Of a stretch of DNA of 64,000 bases, positions 1-9,819 are shown piece by piece. The translations under genes were made by a program, and so were the position numbers. A model generated the notes under the pieces. It saw only the letters and a list, made by a program, of their open reading frames with translations, was not told the origin of the DNA and searched no databases. Every line of letters begins with the position of its first letter. Position 1 is the first letter of the stretch. Origin of the DNA: an uncultured cyanobacterium. GTDB lineage: Bacteria; Cyanobacteriota; Cyanobacteriia; PCC-9006; JAAUQQ01. The stretch covers positions 4,864,001-4,928,000 of the forward strand of contig OY970368.1 in assembly GCA_963718615.1 (NCBI GenBank). Reading direction: 5' to 3'.

Positions 1-254
1 CAGGGCTCATCTCTGCACCTAAACCCAAAATTAAACCGATAGCAATGCTTTTACAGAGTCCTTGCCCGATCAATCGCTGTGCATGATGACCCATAAATAG
101 TGCTCCAAAATCCCTATCCGGATTCTAGAACGACTTCCCTTCTCGCAATTCGTTGCTACACAAGTTGAATGAATTCCCTCTGTTATTCGAAAGCCTCGTT
201 AGACGTGCCAGTTTTAGAGCCGTGGAATTTTATTCAAAATCAAAACACTAGAAA

Positions 255-277
255 GCCGGACCCAAACTGGATCCGGC
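255..277 (-). terminator. Probable intrinsic terminator downstream of rbcS
   Basis: Minus-strand hairpin GCCGGATCCA-GTT-TGGGTCCGGC followed by TTTCT, about 50 nt after the rbcS stop. Confidence 0.6.
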
Positions 278-329
278 CCTCTAGCCTTAGGGAGAATCAA
301 ACGTTAAGAGGTTTGATCAGAAATAGACC

Positions 330-665
330 TTAGTAACCACGAGTACCGGGCTTATGAACAATAAAGCTCATAACCTGGCACTGCTTGATGTTGTCGAAAC
401 CCACTACGCGGATATAAGCGCTGGGGTACTCGGTGCGGCACTCGCGCACTTCGTTCAGCACTTGTTGAGTCGAAGAACAATCGAAGAAAGGCAGCTTCCA
501 CATCGTCCAGTAGTGCTCTTCCGGACCGGTGGTTTCGCTAAATTCCAAGCCAGGGATAAAGCCTTGCTCGACCATGTAGTCAATCTGACGATTGATTTGT
601 TGATCAGAGAGGGGAGGCAGGTAGGAAAAAGTTTCGTAGCGACGCTCTTGTGGCAGAGTTTTCAT
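330..665 (-). CDS. rbcS: Rubisco small subunit (Form IB)
   Basis: [27 protein letters not shown] and YIRVVGFDN motifs; directly downstream of rbcL. Confidence 0.98.
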   Translation of the reverse strand: MKTLPQERRYETFSYLPPLSDQQINRQIDYMVEQGFIPGLEFSETTGPEEHYWTMWKLPFFDCSSTQQVLNEVRECRTEYPSAYIRVVGFDNIKQCQVMSFIVHKPGTRGY

Positions 666-783
666 GGTGAAAAATCCTTATGTTACGGGTCAAACAATTG
701 AAGAAGGAGGCAACAGGTAATAGATGATGGGTTATGGGCCTAAAACGATACCCATTTCCCAGACGCCTATTACCCAGATCAGC

Positions 784-2196
784 TTAGATCTTATCCATCG
801 CTTCGAATTCGAACTTGATTTCCTTCCACAGTTCGCAAGCCACAGCCAGCTCAGGGCTCCACTTGCAAGCTTCGCGGATGATGTCACCACCTTCACGCAT
901 GAGGTCGCGACCTTCGTTACGGCCTTGGAGACAAGCTTCAAGGGCAACGCGGTTAGCAGTTGCACCAGGAGCATTCCCCCAAGGGTGACCCGCAGTACCA
1001 CCACCGAACTGGAGGCAGGAATCGTCGCCGAAGATTTCCACCAACGCAGGCATGTGCCAAACGTGAATACCACCAGAAGCAACCGGCATCGTACCGGGCA
1101 TGGACGCGTAGTCCTGGGTGAAGAAAATACCGCGTGAGCGATCTTCTTCCACATGGTCTTCGCGCATCAGGTCAACAAAGCCCATGGTGATGCCTTTTTC
1201 ACCTTCGAGCTTACCCACAACGGTACCGGAGTGGAGGTGGTCACCGCCGGAGAGGCGCAGGCACTTAGCCAATACACGGAAGTGAATACCATGGTTGCGC
1301 TGACGGTCAACTACAGCGTGCATCGCGCGGTGAATGTGCAACAGCAAGCCGTTGTCACGACACCACTTGGACAGGGTGGTGTTGGCGGTGAAACCAGCGG
1401 TGAAGAAGTCATGCATGATGATCGGGGTGCCAATCTCCTTGGCAAACTCAGCCCGCTTCATCATCTCTTCGCAGGTGCCTGCGGTGACGTTGAGGTAGTG
1501 ACCCTTAACTTCGCCGGTTTCTGCTTGGGCTTTTTCGATAGCTTCTTGGACGAAGAGGAAGCGATCGCGCCAGCGCATAAAGGGCTGAGAGTTGATGTTC
1601 TCGTCATCTTTGGTGAAGTCAAGACCACCACGCAGGGCTTCGTAAACCGCACGACCGTAGTTCTTGGCGGAGAGGCCCAATTTCGGCTTGATGGTACAAC
1701 CCAACAGAGGACGACCGTACTTGTTGAGCTTGTCACGCTCAACGGTGATGCCGTGGGGCGGTCCGGGGAAGGTCTTGATCAGTGCGATGGGGAAACGAAT
1801 GTCTTCCAACCGCAGAGCCCGCAGGGCCTTAAAACCAAACACGTTACCCACCAAAGAGGTGAGGACGTTGGTGATCGAACCTTCTTCAAATAGATCCAAA
1901 GGATAGGCAATGAAGCAGAAGTACTGGTTGTCTTCACCAGGCACGGGCTCCACTGCATAACAACGACCCTTGTAGCGGTCCAGGTCGGTCAGCAGATCGG
2001 TCCAGACCGTGGTCCAAGTACCGGTGGAAGACTCAGCAGCTACAGCAGCAGCAGCTTCTTCAGCAGGAACGCCGGGCTGCGGGGTCATGCGGAAGCATGC
2101 CAACAGATCGGTATCCTTGGGGGTGTATTCGGGTGTGTAGTAAGTCAGCCGGTAGTCCTGTACCCCAGCGTTATAGCCCTTCGTTTGTACGGCCAT
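784..2196 (-). CDS. rbcL: Rubisco large subunit (Form IB)
   Basis: [11 protein letters not shown] catalytic motif, [23 protein letters not shown]; 470 aa. Confidence 0.99.
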   Translation of the reverse strand: MAVQTKGYNAGVQDYRLTYYTPEYTPKDTDLLACFRMTPQPGVPAEEAAAAVAAESSTGTWTTVWTDLLTDLDRYKGRCYAVEPVPGEDNQYFCFIAYPLDLFEEGSITNVLTSLVGNVFGFKALRALRLEDIRFPIALIKTFPGPPHGITVERDKLNKYGRPLLGCTIKPKLGLSAKNYGRAVYEALRGGLDFTKDDENINSQPFMRWRDRFLFVQEAIEKAQAETGEVKGHYLNVTAGTCEEMMKRAEFAKEIGTPIIMHDFFTAGFTANTTLSKWCRDNGLLLHIHRAMHAVVDRQRNHGIHFRVLAKCLRLSGGDHLHSGTVVGKLEGEKGITMGFVDLMREDHVEEDRSRGIFFTQDYASMPGTMPVASGGIHVWHMPALVEIFGDDSCLQFGGGTAGHPWGNAPGATANRVALEACLQGRNEGRDLMREGGDIIREACKWSPELAVACELWKEIKFEFEAMDKI

Positions 2197-2266
2197 CGTT
2201 ATGGTTTCTCCCTAAATTCACAAATTCAGACCTCTGCAACCACTGGAGCTTAAACACAAAGACTCC

Positions 2267-2310
2267 CTTAGACCTAACTGCTTTAGACCTAACCGCTTTA
2301 GAGCTAATCA
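2267..2310. repeat. Short tandem repeat (about 15-bp unit, TTAGACCTAACYGCT) in the rbcL leader
   Basis: ttagacctaactgct-ttagacctaaccgct-ttagagctaatc read directly. Confidence 0.7.
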
Positions 2311-2435
2311 AAGGACTAATCAGTGGGCAGAATTCAGATGAAACGAACAGCAGTGCTGTCGTTATCGAACCTCTTTGCTAGATCAATCTATCATGCGGTG
2401 GGTCATCTATAGCTACGATTTTCTTGGCTCTACCG

Positions 2436-2450
2436 ATAGGTTTTGCTTAA
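2436..2450 (-). promoter_or_regulatory. Putative LysR-type (RbcR/CmpR-like) box upstream of rbcL
   Basis: Minus strand TTAAG-N5-CCTAT contains a T-N11-A core; position fits known RbcR control of rbcL. Confidence 0.4.
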
Positions 2451-2570
2451 CTATTCGAGCATCGAGAATTTGGGCAAGAAAGAGTGGCTACTTGCGACGT
2501 TGTTTCGGTCTGTAACGCGCTGTGACGCGGACCATGAAACGTCACTCCTTAGATTAAGAATGCACAAAAT

Positions 2571-2600
2571 GACCCGGCGGGAATCCTTTGACCTCCGGGT
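2571..2600 (-). terminator. Possible terminator hairpin between ccmO and rbcL
   Basis: Minus strand ACCCGGAGG...CCGCCGGGT followed by CATTTT. Confidence 0.4.
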
Positions 2601-2794
2601 TCTGACAGAATTGTGAGTAGCGCAAAAGGGGACATTGGACTGAATTTAGCGATCGCCAAATTCAAGTCTATGTTCAAAGCGATGATGCAGATTCTGCGAT
2701 CGCCAAATCCCTAAATTCAAGCCATCGCAATTGACTCAAAAAAATGACTCAAAAAAACCTCAGTTGTGCATCTCTCCCTGCGCCGAATTTCGCA

Positions 2795-3760
2795 TCAGGA
2801 TTCCTCATCAGAATCGTCAGCCGCTTCCAATCGCAAGGGTTGGGGTTTCAACGCAGAGTCTTCAGCTTCGGATAACTCCAACGGCATCGCTTGAACCTGA
2901 CGTTCGACCCGCCGCCGATTGGGCAATTCCACCGGTACCCGCTCCAGCTCCGGCAAAGCCAAAGGCTGTCGCTGTTCTTCGATGGTTTTCGCGGATTCTG
3001 CCACAGTTTCGGGCAATTCTAAAACCTGCTGGGTTTCTTCCTCTGCTTGGGGCTGAATGAGATGCTTCGGTTTGGGCATCACCTTCATCAGATCATCCAA
3101 CGGACGAGGAATCACCATAATGGCATGCAGATCACCGATGCGTTCAGCCTCTTGCATCCCCGCTTCCACTGCCATCGTGATATCGGCGATCGGCCCCTGC
3201 AAAACCGCTGTACACAAACCGCTGCCCGTGGTTTCGTAGGTAATCAGCTCCACATTGGCACATTTCATCGCCGCATCCGCAGCCCCGACCATGGCCGGAA
3301 ACCCTTTGGTTTCAATCAGGCCGATCGCCCCCCGCGTATCAAAATCTCCGGCTCGCTCCAGATAGCCTGCAAACTGATCGCTAATGGGCAAAACCACTTC
3401 CAAATTAGGCAGCGGTCTGGGCAACATCATGCTCGATACATATTGATCGAACTGCTTAGCCGTTTGAATTCCGGTTTCCACCGCCAACTTGACATCCGCA
3501 TAGCCACCGCGTACTACCGCCGTGCAATAACCACTCCCGGTTTTTTCATACCCCACTAGCGTTACGCCGGAAGACTTCAACATCATGTCCGCTGTTCCGA
3601 CTACCGCAGGAAAACTGCGGGTGCAAACTAGACCCAGGGCTGTTTGCTTGCGAGGGACCCGTGCCAGGGGTGCCTTGAGAGAGAGTTCTCCTTTCCGACT
3701 CGCAGGATTGGGGGTTGAACTCGCCGATGACAGGGCGATTTGACGTGGTTGCTCAGACAC
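2795..3760 (-). CDS. ccmO: Carboxysome shell protein CcmO (tandem BMC domains)
   Basis: Two BMC repeats (ALGLVCTRSFPAVVGTADMMLK; AIGLIETKGFPAMVGAADAAMK); last gene of the ccm operon; GTG start after GGAGG. Confidence 0.93.
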   Translation of the reverse strand: MSEQPRQIALSSASSTPNPASRKGELSLKAPLARVPRKQTALGLVCTRSFPAVVGTADMMLKSSGVTLVGYEKTGSGYCTAVVRGGYADVKLAVETGIQTAKQFDQYVSSMMLPRPLPNLEVVLPISDQFAGYLERAGDFDTRGAIGLIETKGFPAMVGAADAAMKCANVELITYETTGSGLCTAVLQGPIADITMAVEAGMQEAERIGDLHAIMVIPRPLDDLMKVMPKPKHLIQPQAEEETQQVLELPETVAESAKTIEEQRQPLALPELERVPVELPNRRRVERQVQAMPLELSEAEDSALKPQPLRLEAADDSDEES

Positions 3761-3853
3761 GAGGGGTCCTCCAGTGGAGTGACGCAGGATTGGGCAGAGA
3801 AGAATCGTCTAGTAGGTGAGTTCGCGTCATCTCGATCCCCACAGACAACCCAG

Positions 3854-4549
3854 TTAATTTGGCCCAAACAGAATGCGCATACGCTCAAACTGCTCTTTAC
3901 CGTAAATTTTTGGGGGTGGCTTGGGTCGGGGGGGCGGTTCGCTCGGATTCGTTGGCTCTTCTTCTATTGTAGAAGGTTCAGGAGGGACCACCGACGGGGA
4001 TTGGGGGGCGGAGGTTGAAGGGACTGATCCGGGTCGGGTAGGGTTGGATTCTGCGGGGACGGCTTCATCCCAGGGCGAGGGGTCGAGATCTGGGCGATCG
4101 CCCCCATCTCTCTCCGATACCGGCCTAGCTTCACCGTTTTGCCCAGCTTTTTGTCCACCATCTTGCCCAACGTTTCGTTGACCCCCCTCAGCAACCGTTC
4201 GTCCCGTTTCCCCCAGCAGCGAACCTGGCGGCAGAATTTGCCCCGGTGCCACAGAAGCATTGTGCAGCGTAGTCGAAGACCCCACACAGGCTTGGGTGCC
4301 GATGCGGCAGTTGCCCACTACCAGCACCCCCGCCCCGAGGGATGCCCCTGCCTCAATGACAATCTGCCCTTGATGAGCATGCAACACAGACCCCAAACCC
4401 AAACAGACTCCGGCCCCAATCACAATGCTGCTCATGGGATCGGCCTTGAGGACCACACCGGGTGCAATGACAGCATCCGGGGCGATCGCGACTTCACCAC
4501 TGGTGTAGTAACTGGGGCTAAACGGTGACTGCAACGGTGGAAGGTGCAT
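3854..4549 (-). CDS. ccmN: Carboxysome assembly protein CcmN
   Basis: Hexapeptide-repeat N-terminus, Pro-rich linker, C-terminal encapsulation peptide IYGKEQFERMRILFG. Confidence 0.93.
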   Translation of the reverse strand: MHLPPLQSPFSPSYYTSGEVAIAPDAVIAPGVVLKADPMSSIVIGAGVCLGLGSVLHAHQGQIVIEAGASLGAGVLVVGNCRIGTQACVGSSTTLHNASVAPGQILPPGSLLGETGRTVAEGGQRNVGQDGGQKAGQNGEARPVSERDGGDRPDLDPSPWDEAVPAESNPTRPGSVPSTSAPQSPSVVPPEPSTIEEEPTNPSEPPPRPKPPPKIYGKEQFERMRILFGPN

Positions 4550-4557
4550 GAATGCAT

Positions 4558-6213
4558 CTAAGGCCGATGGATGATGGCTTCACTAACTCGTCGGCGAGCC
4601 TTGGGGTCTACCCCAATCAAGCGAACATACTCCCGCTGATGATCATTCAAGTAGCCTTCGAGCTGAGCAATCACCTGAGATTCGCTAGAGGCATGGATAG
4701 AGGGCAAACTCTTCCAAGAGCCTGTCTTAAAGCGACGTTGGCTAGCATACTCCGCACCGATCACACAGCCTTGGTTCAGCAAACTTCGGACCTGAGAGGC
4801 CACATCGCCTCCCAGCTTACCCGAGGAGCCAAACCCAGCACCTGCCGCAAAGCCAGCTTTGCCATTGCCGTTGCTGTAGTGACCATTGGTATTGGGGACT
4901 GCATAGCTCGCCGAGGGCGAAACTTCTGTCACCGGCCCATCCGGGCGCTGGACCAAAATCTCAGCCACCCGTCGTCGGGCCACCTTATCCACCGCAATCA
5001 CCCGGACATATTCACCCGTGTTGGCATCCATGACCCGCTGAACTTCGGCGATCGCCTGCTGCGGATTGCTCGCCTGAATGCCAGCCCCCGTCAACCAGGA
5101 ACTCGTCTTAAAGCGCCGAGCATTTGCATGCTCCGTCGTCAAGCGAAAGCCTTGGCTCGCAAAATCTCGCACCTGGTCCATCCAGCCGCCCCCACCGCCA
5201 TTGCCATTCACATTGGCGTAGTTGCTCTTGCGACCGGAGGCCGACGGAGCCGACGGCGATAGGACCACAGGCTTTCCATCCGGACGTTGGATCAGCTTCT
5301 CCAGAACCCGACGACGGGCTTGGGTATCAATCCCCAACAGCCGCACATACTCACCCTCATGTTCCTGCATACAAGCTTCCAGTTCCGCCAAAACCTGGGT
5401 TTCAGAGCGAGACTGGATGGGCTGGCAACTCTGCCAGGAACTGGTTCGGAAACGACGCGAGTTGGCATGTTCCGTACCAATTTGAAAGCCCTGGCTCAGT
5501 AAACTACGAACCTGGGCGACGATTTCGGGGCTCAGTTGCCCATGACCATTTCTCATCTCTCCATTCCCATTCAATGACGCTTCTTGATCGTTCTGGCTGC
5601 GCAGGGGCAACATACAGCTTTGGTCCGCTGCACCGTGATAACCCGCTCGCAGTGCTTCGTTGATACTCACCACATGGCGAGCAAAAGCCTGATCCTCAGG
5701 CCGAACATCCGGTAGGCGATCGGCCTGCTGTTGATTGGTAATCACCGCTCCCGACGGCACATATTTGCCGGGTGGAATCTCAACGTCCTGAATCAGAGCA
5801 TGCATCATGACAATGCAACCCGCCCCAACCCGAGCATTGAACACCGTAGAGCGAAATCCAACAAAACAGTCTTGCCCCACATAGGCCGGTCCATGGACCA
5901 ATGCCTTATGGGTGACCGACGACCGAGGTCCAATCCAAACCGAATAGTCCCGTTGGTCATCCCCCAGCACCCGCCCCTGCGCTAAACCATGGATCACCAC
6001 GCCGTCTTGAATATTGACTGCTTCGCCAATATAAAACGGACTGCCCTCATCGGCCCGGATCGAAGTTCCCGGCGCAATCAGGACATGGGGGCCAATCGTC
6101 ACATCGCCAATAATGTTAGAGAACGAGTGAACATAGGCAGACTCATGGATTTTGGGCTCCGCCAACGTCTTGGACCAAGGCGTGGGTGGAGCAGCAAAGG
6201 TTTGAACCACCAC
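4558..6213 (-). CDS. ccmM: Carboxysome scaffold CcmM (gamma-CA-like domain plus three RbcS-like SSUL repeats)
   Basis: AAPPTPWS N-terminus, gamma-CA His ligands ([14 protein letters not shown]), three RRF(R/K)TxSW repeats; start moved to GTG at 6213 behind a GGAGG RBS. Confidence 0.96.
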   Translation of the reverse strand: MVVQTFAAPPTPWSKTLAEPKIHESAYVHSFSNIIGDVTIGPHVLIAPGTSIRADEGSPFYIGEAVNIQDGVVIHGLAQGRVLGDDQRDYSVWIGPRSSVTHKALVHGPAYVGQDCFVGFRSTVFNARVGAGCIVMMHALIQDVEIPPGKYVPSGAVITNQQQADRLPDVRPEDQAFARHVVSINEALRAGYHGAADQSCMLPLRSQNDQEASLNGNGEMRNGHGQLSPEIVAQVRSLLSQGFQIGTEHANSRRFRTSSWQSCQPIQSRSETQVLAELEACMQEHEGEYVRLLGIDTQARRRVLEKLIQRPDGKPVVLSPSAPSASGRKSNYANVNGNGGGGGWMDQVRDFASQGFRLTTEHANARRFKTSSWLTGAGIQASNPQQAIAEVQRVMDANTGEYVRVIAVDKVARRRVAEILVQRPDGPVTEVSPSASYAVPNTNGHYSNGNGKAGFAAGAGFGSSGKLGGDVASQVRSLLNQGCVIGAEYASQRRFKTGSWKSLPSIHASSESQVIAQLEGYLNDHQREYVRLIGVDPKARRRVSEAIIHRP

Positions 6214-6342
6214 AGAAGGGTTCCTCCGCGACAATGTCTGCACAGTGGAATAAAACAGTGGAATAAAAGCGGGTGAGAGAAAACTAGGCAAGTCAACGCT
6301 TGCAATGCTTGATGAGGTGTTAGAGTCCCTCAACGATCGCCA

Positions 6343-6642
6343 CTAGTAATCGTCTTTTTTGCTGTAAACCGAGCGATTGTTGACATTAACCGTGTCGATA
6401 ATCGCAATCACAGCCGCATCAACGGGTTTCGTGCCACAGTCGCGAACATGGCGAGCCTGACTCCCCCGACTCACCAGAACCCATTCATCGATACCGGCAC
6501 CAACGGTATCTGCTGCAACTTCGTACTCCGGCAGGGGGTTGCCTGCTTCGTCCATGAATTGCAGCATCAGGAATTTAACCCCTTGAAGGCTAGGTTCCTT
6601 GTAGGTGCTAACAACCGTGCCACGAACTTTTGCGATTCGCAT
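6343..6642 (-). CDS. ccmL: Carboxysome vertex pentamer CcmL
   Basis: MRIAKVRGTVVST, VAADTVGAG and DAAVIAIID motifs; start trimmed to ATG 6642. Confidence 0.96.
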   Translation of the reverse strand: MRIAKVRGTVVSTYKEPSLQGVKFLMLQFMDEAGNPLPEYEVAADTVGAGIDEWVLVSRGSQARHVRDCGTKPVDAAVIAIIDTVNVNNRSVYSKKDDY

Positions 6643-6778
6643 GAAACCTAAAGATAAATCTCTGAAACGTTTTGGGAAAACCCCAGTCAATTGGTTTGAA
6701 CCCAAAACATTGGACTGAGGATAGAGAAACCTAAGCACGCTATGACCTAACAGTCCCTATCCTCAAGGGGTTTCAGAC

Positions 6779-7087
6779 TTACATGCGGAACTGCTCAACC
6801 GCTTCGGTGTAGCGAATGGGCAGAACATACTCCAGGTTCTCGTGGGGACGAGCAATGATGTGGTGAGACAGAACTTCACCACCGGCAACCCGCTTGGCGG
6901 AGTCGAGGCCTGCGGAGACAGAGGCCTGAACCTCAGACACATCACCGCGCACGATGACGGTGACACGGCCACTCCCAATCTTTTCGTAGCCAACCAGGGT
7001 CACGCGGGCAGCTTTAACCATGGCGTCAGCAGCTTCCACAACAGCAGGGAAACCGAGGGTTTCAATCATTCCTACGGCAATCGGCAT
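6779..7087 (-). CDS. ccmK: Major carboxysome shell hexamer CcmK (K2 type)
   Basis: [29 protein letters not shown]...[16 protein letters not shown]; 102 aa. Confidence 0.97.
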   Translation of the reverse strand: MPIAVGMIETLGFPAVVEAADAMVKAARVTLVGYEKIGSGRVTVIVRGDVSEVQASVSAGLDSAKRVAGGEVLSHHIIARPHENLEYVLPIRYTEAVEQFRM

Positions 7088-7279
7088 AGTTCCAGTCCTT
7101 AGTGCAGCTTGCTTAATTTCTAAAAAGATTGAGTGTGAAGTCCGAATCGTCCTGACACCTAACAGCGGTTAAGCGGTCAAAGAAATATTTCTGATTCCTG
7201 CAATCTTTATAAAATTCAGCATAAATTGGCGGGGGTCTATTGCCAACATTGATCTTGATGGTGATTTTCGATTGAAACA

Positions 7280-7294
7280 ATCAGTAAAACTAAT
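7280..7294. promoter_or_regulatory. Putative RbcR-type LysR box upstream of ccmK
   Basis: ATCAG-N5-CTAAT, one mismatch from the ATTA(G/A)-N5-(C/T)TAAT RbcR consensus as I recall it. Confidence 0.45.
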
Positions 7295-7912
7295 CACTCA
7301 CCCCAAGATGATTTGTCGTGCCAATCAATGAGGCGATCGCGAGCGTTTTGTCAAGTCCAATACCGATTATTCTTAATTGACTCAGAATCCCTCAGGGGGA
7401 TGATCGCTCTAGAGAAGCCAAAGCTCAGGTTTGATCAAGGACTCAGGCTCTTGAGGTCATGCAATTCTAGGGCCATTTGTCGTGCCAACGTCCTGCGACC
7501 TCAGTCAGTGGCATAGGTTGGCCCTATACGGAGAGACCCCCAGCGCGGATATAGCTCAAACTTATTGCTGAGGGGTTTCTCCCCCTAAATCCAGGATGAG
7601 TTGTCTGGTCTGAGCACCCACAGGCTACTGTCAGAAATGCCATTCATGCCTTAACTGGCAAGGATTACAACGATCTAGCTCTGCTCTCACCAGTCCAATA
7701 GGCAAGCATCCGAAAAAGTTATTAAAAATTATCATTGAGGAGAGCAGGCGATCGCAGTCTTTAACTTTTCATTACTATTGCTGACCATAAAGCCAGTTCT
7801 GACCATACAGATTTAGGCATAGAGATTTCCGGATTTCCGATACATCAGAGCGAGATTTCCGGAATGCGATCGCCTCCGCCTGTTGATTACCCTAGAAAGC
7901 AGGAGCAATGTT

Positions 7913-8164
7913 ATGGCACAGCGTTTGAAACGGTGGGAGTCCCCACGCGAGTCGGGACGCAATGAAAAAGGCCGAGGGGGATCTGCTCGGCAACGGCAAC
8001 TCAAGAAACAGCACAAACTTTTGGTGAAGCGATTGCGTCAGCAGTCCCAAGCCCAAGAGAAGCAGGCGAAGGATGGCGATCGCCCCCCCGGCCCATCGAG
8101 CAATCCAATCCAAGACAAATCAGGAACAGAAAAGGGAAAGGTCATGAACCTTTCCCTTTTTTAA
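7913..8164 (+). CDS. Small, very basic hypothetical protein (83 aa)
   Basis: AGGAG RBS at 7901-7905, 7 nt before the ATG; MAQRLKRWESPRESGRNEKGRGGSARQRQLKKQ... Confidence 0.7.
   Translation: MAQRLKRWESPRESGRNEKGRGGSARQRQLKKQHKLLVKRLRQQSQAQEKQAKDGDRPPGPSSNPIQDKSGTEKGKVMNLSLF
8130..8162 (+). terminator. Intrinsic terminator overlapping the 3' end of the 83-aa ORF (possibly bidirectional)
   Basis: AAAA-GGGAAAGGT-CATGA-ACCTTTCCC-TTTTTT; perfect 9-bp stem extendable by A:T pairs. Confidence 0.8.
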
Positions 8165-8225
8165 TTGGCCTACAAGGGATTAATTGGCTTCAAACCATCA
8201 TTGCCCCTAAATCATTGCCCCTAAA

Positions 8226-8657
8226 TTAATCACCACCCACGTTGAGATTGGTTCCATAAATTTCAGCATTGGTCAGGATAATGTTAGGAAACACTGCCCC
8301 TTCAACCTGAGCATGATAAAGTTTCGCACTCGTTAAATTGACATTGGCCAAGCGGGTATCCATCAAACTGGCGTTGGTCAAAAACGCACCCGTTAAATTC
8401 GCACCCGTTAAATCGGCTCCGGTAAAATCTGCACCTTCCAGCATCGATTCACTCAGGTCGGCCCCACGCAAATTCGCCTCTCGTAAATCAGCACCCAGGG
8501 CATGGATCCCGCGTAAATTTGCCCCTGACAAATCACAACCCGCACAGAGACCCGTGTTAATCAACTGCTCAACATGGGCAGGGTTTTCAGCCTTTGCGGG
8601 TGCCATCCAAAGGAAGGGCATTAACACCAATAGGGTGGTTAGAAGTCTAGTTTTCAT
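8226..8657 (-). CDS. Pentapeptide repeat protein with signal peptide
   Basis: Signal peptide ending AKA, CAGCDLSG, A(D/N)Lxx repeats. Confidence 0.9.
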   Translation of the reverse strand: MKTRLLTTLLVLMPFLWMAPAKAENPAHVEQLINTGLCAGCDLSGANLRGIHALGADLREANLRGADLSESMLEGADFTGADLTGANLTGAFLTNASLMDTRLANVNLTSAKLYHAQVEGAVFPNIILTNAEIYGTNLNVGGD

Positions 8658-8960
8658 AACGCTGCTCTACTCCCATATGACGGTACAGCGCTTTTCCTGT
8701 ACCTCTACTATCTCACTCACACTTAGCGATATAGATTTCGCAAGATCTTTCTTAATGTTCTAAAAAGTTTACGAAGATCTACCGAGGCAGTCCTATCCCC
8801 TGTCCCTAGGGCTAGCATTCCCGAGATGACGTTTTGGATTACTAGGCGATCGCTCCCCTAAGAAAGAAAAAAGCATCCTCCCCAAGCCATATTTTTTGTG
8901 ATGAATATTTGTTTTTCTTGATGTTTTTGTCAGACTGGAAGAACAAAGCCTTTAAAGACA

Positions 8961-9024
8961 GATCTAAAAACCGGATTTAAAAAACCGGATCTAAAAAACT
9001 AGATCTAGCCTGGATCTAAAAACT
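8961..9024. repeat. Degenerate short tandem repeats (GGATCTAAAAAACC-like)
   Basis: gatctaaaaaccg-gatttaaaaaaccg-gatctaaaaaacta-gatct... read directly. Confidence 0.6.
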
Positions 9025-9062
9025 CAATCCATCATTCGCGCTATCGTTCACGCAAAGTCCCC

Positions 9063-9446
9063 ATGGCCCCTACCCCAGACCACCTCGCCGCATTGGATGA
9101 CCAACTCTCCCAGCGCTTCATCGAACTAGATCCCGCTGGATATTTCATCATTTATCTCGATCGTGCCGCCGGCATGATCTGCGCCGATCACTATACCAAT
9201 GCCATCAACAACCAAGGACTCGCGATCGACCCCGAAACCGGTGAGGTTTTAGCCTGCAAGGGAGCCGTCAAGCGGTTACCAACCACCACCTATCGAGGCC
9301 GGACAGCCAAGGAAATCGGCATGAAGATTACGGAAGAGGCCCAACCCATTCCCTTAACCAAGCTAGACCATGCCCTGTATCTGGGTCGAGAATTTGTCCG
9401 AGCGGAGCTGGCCCTCTTAAGCGGCGCAGACTATGTCCAGGACTAA
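9063..9446 (+). CDS. DUF4346 family protein
   Basis: LDPAGYFIIY, GRTAKE and LDHALYLGREF...YVQD motifs. Confidence 0.8.
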   Translation: MAPTPDHLAALDDQLSQRFIELDPAGYFIIYLDRAAGMICADHYTNAINNQGLAIDPETGEVLACKGAVKRLPTTTYRGRTAKEIGMKITEEAQPIPLTKLDHALYLGREFVRAELALLSGADYVQD

Positions 9447-9604
9447 ATTGCTATCCAGGACTCCATTCAAAACTAACGTGCAGCTCAAAACTGAACCGCG
9501 TACTGCATAAACGTTCTCCTTTCCCCCGAATAAAACAGTAACAATCCATGGGCACGAGGCTCTAAGGGACTGGGTTTGCGACTGAATCAGCGGGGGGAAA
9601 TACC

Positions 9605-9778
9605 ATGAACTGCAACTGGAAATGCCTATTCGTTAAAGTTAGCCTCTGGATCGCCAGCGAAATTATCCTCAACTGCGTCGGCCTGGACATGATTGCAGAC
9701 TACAGCGAATTTCTACAAGCCCAGCAAGACGCTGCCCTACGTCCTCCTGTGGTTCCGGTTTTAATCGCCCAAGCCTAG
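9605..9778 (+). CDS. Small membrane-associated protein (57 aa), absent from the ORF track
   Basis: Manual translation MNCNWKCLFVKVSLWIASEIILNCVGLDMIADYSEFLQ...; G-rich RBS upstream; resembles a recurrent cyanobacterial WxxxEIxLNxxGLDxxADYSEF small protein (from recall). Confidence 0.7.
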   Translation: MNCNWKCLFVKVSLWIASEIILNCVGLDMIADYSEFLQAQQDAALRPPVVPVLIAQA

Positions 9779-9819
9779 AGCGCCTCCCCCCAGCCTCACA
9801 TCCCCAGCCTTACAGGCCC

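Noticed and set aside
1-20. Possible minus-strand gene start (ATG at 10) running off the window
   Set aside because: Only three codons are visible, so it cannot be supported
1153-1893. 246-aa plus-strand ORF (also 4552-5262, 49033-49722, 58410-59561)
   Set aside because: Antisense shadows of rbcL, ccmM, glpX and lysC with no recognisable motifs
6214-6333. N-terminal extensions in the ORF track (ccmM; similarly ccmL, thioredoxin, rffA and the 62868 pentapeptide gene)
   Set aside because: Conserved N-termini and RBS or overlap positions favour the downstream starts
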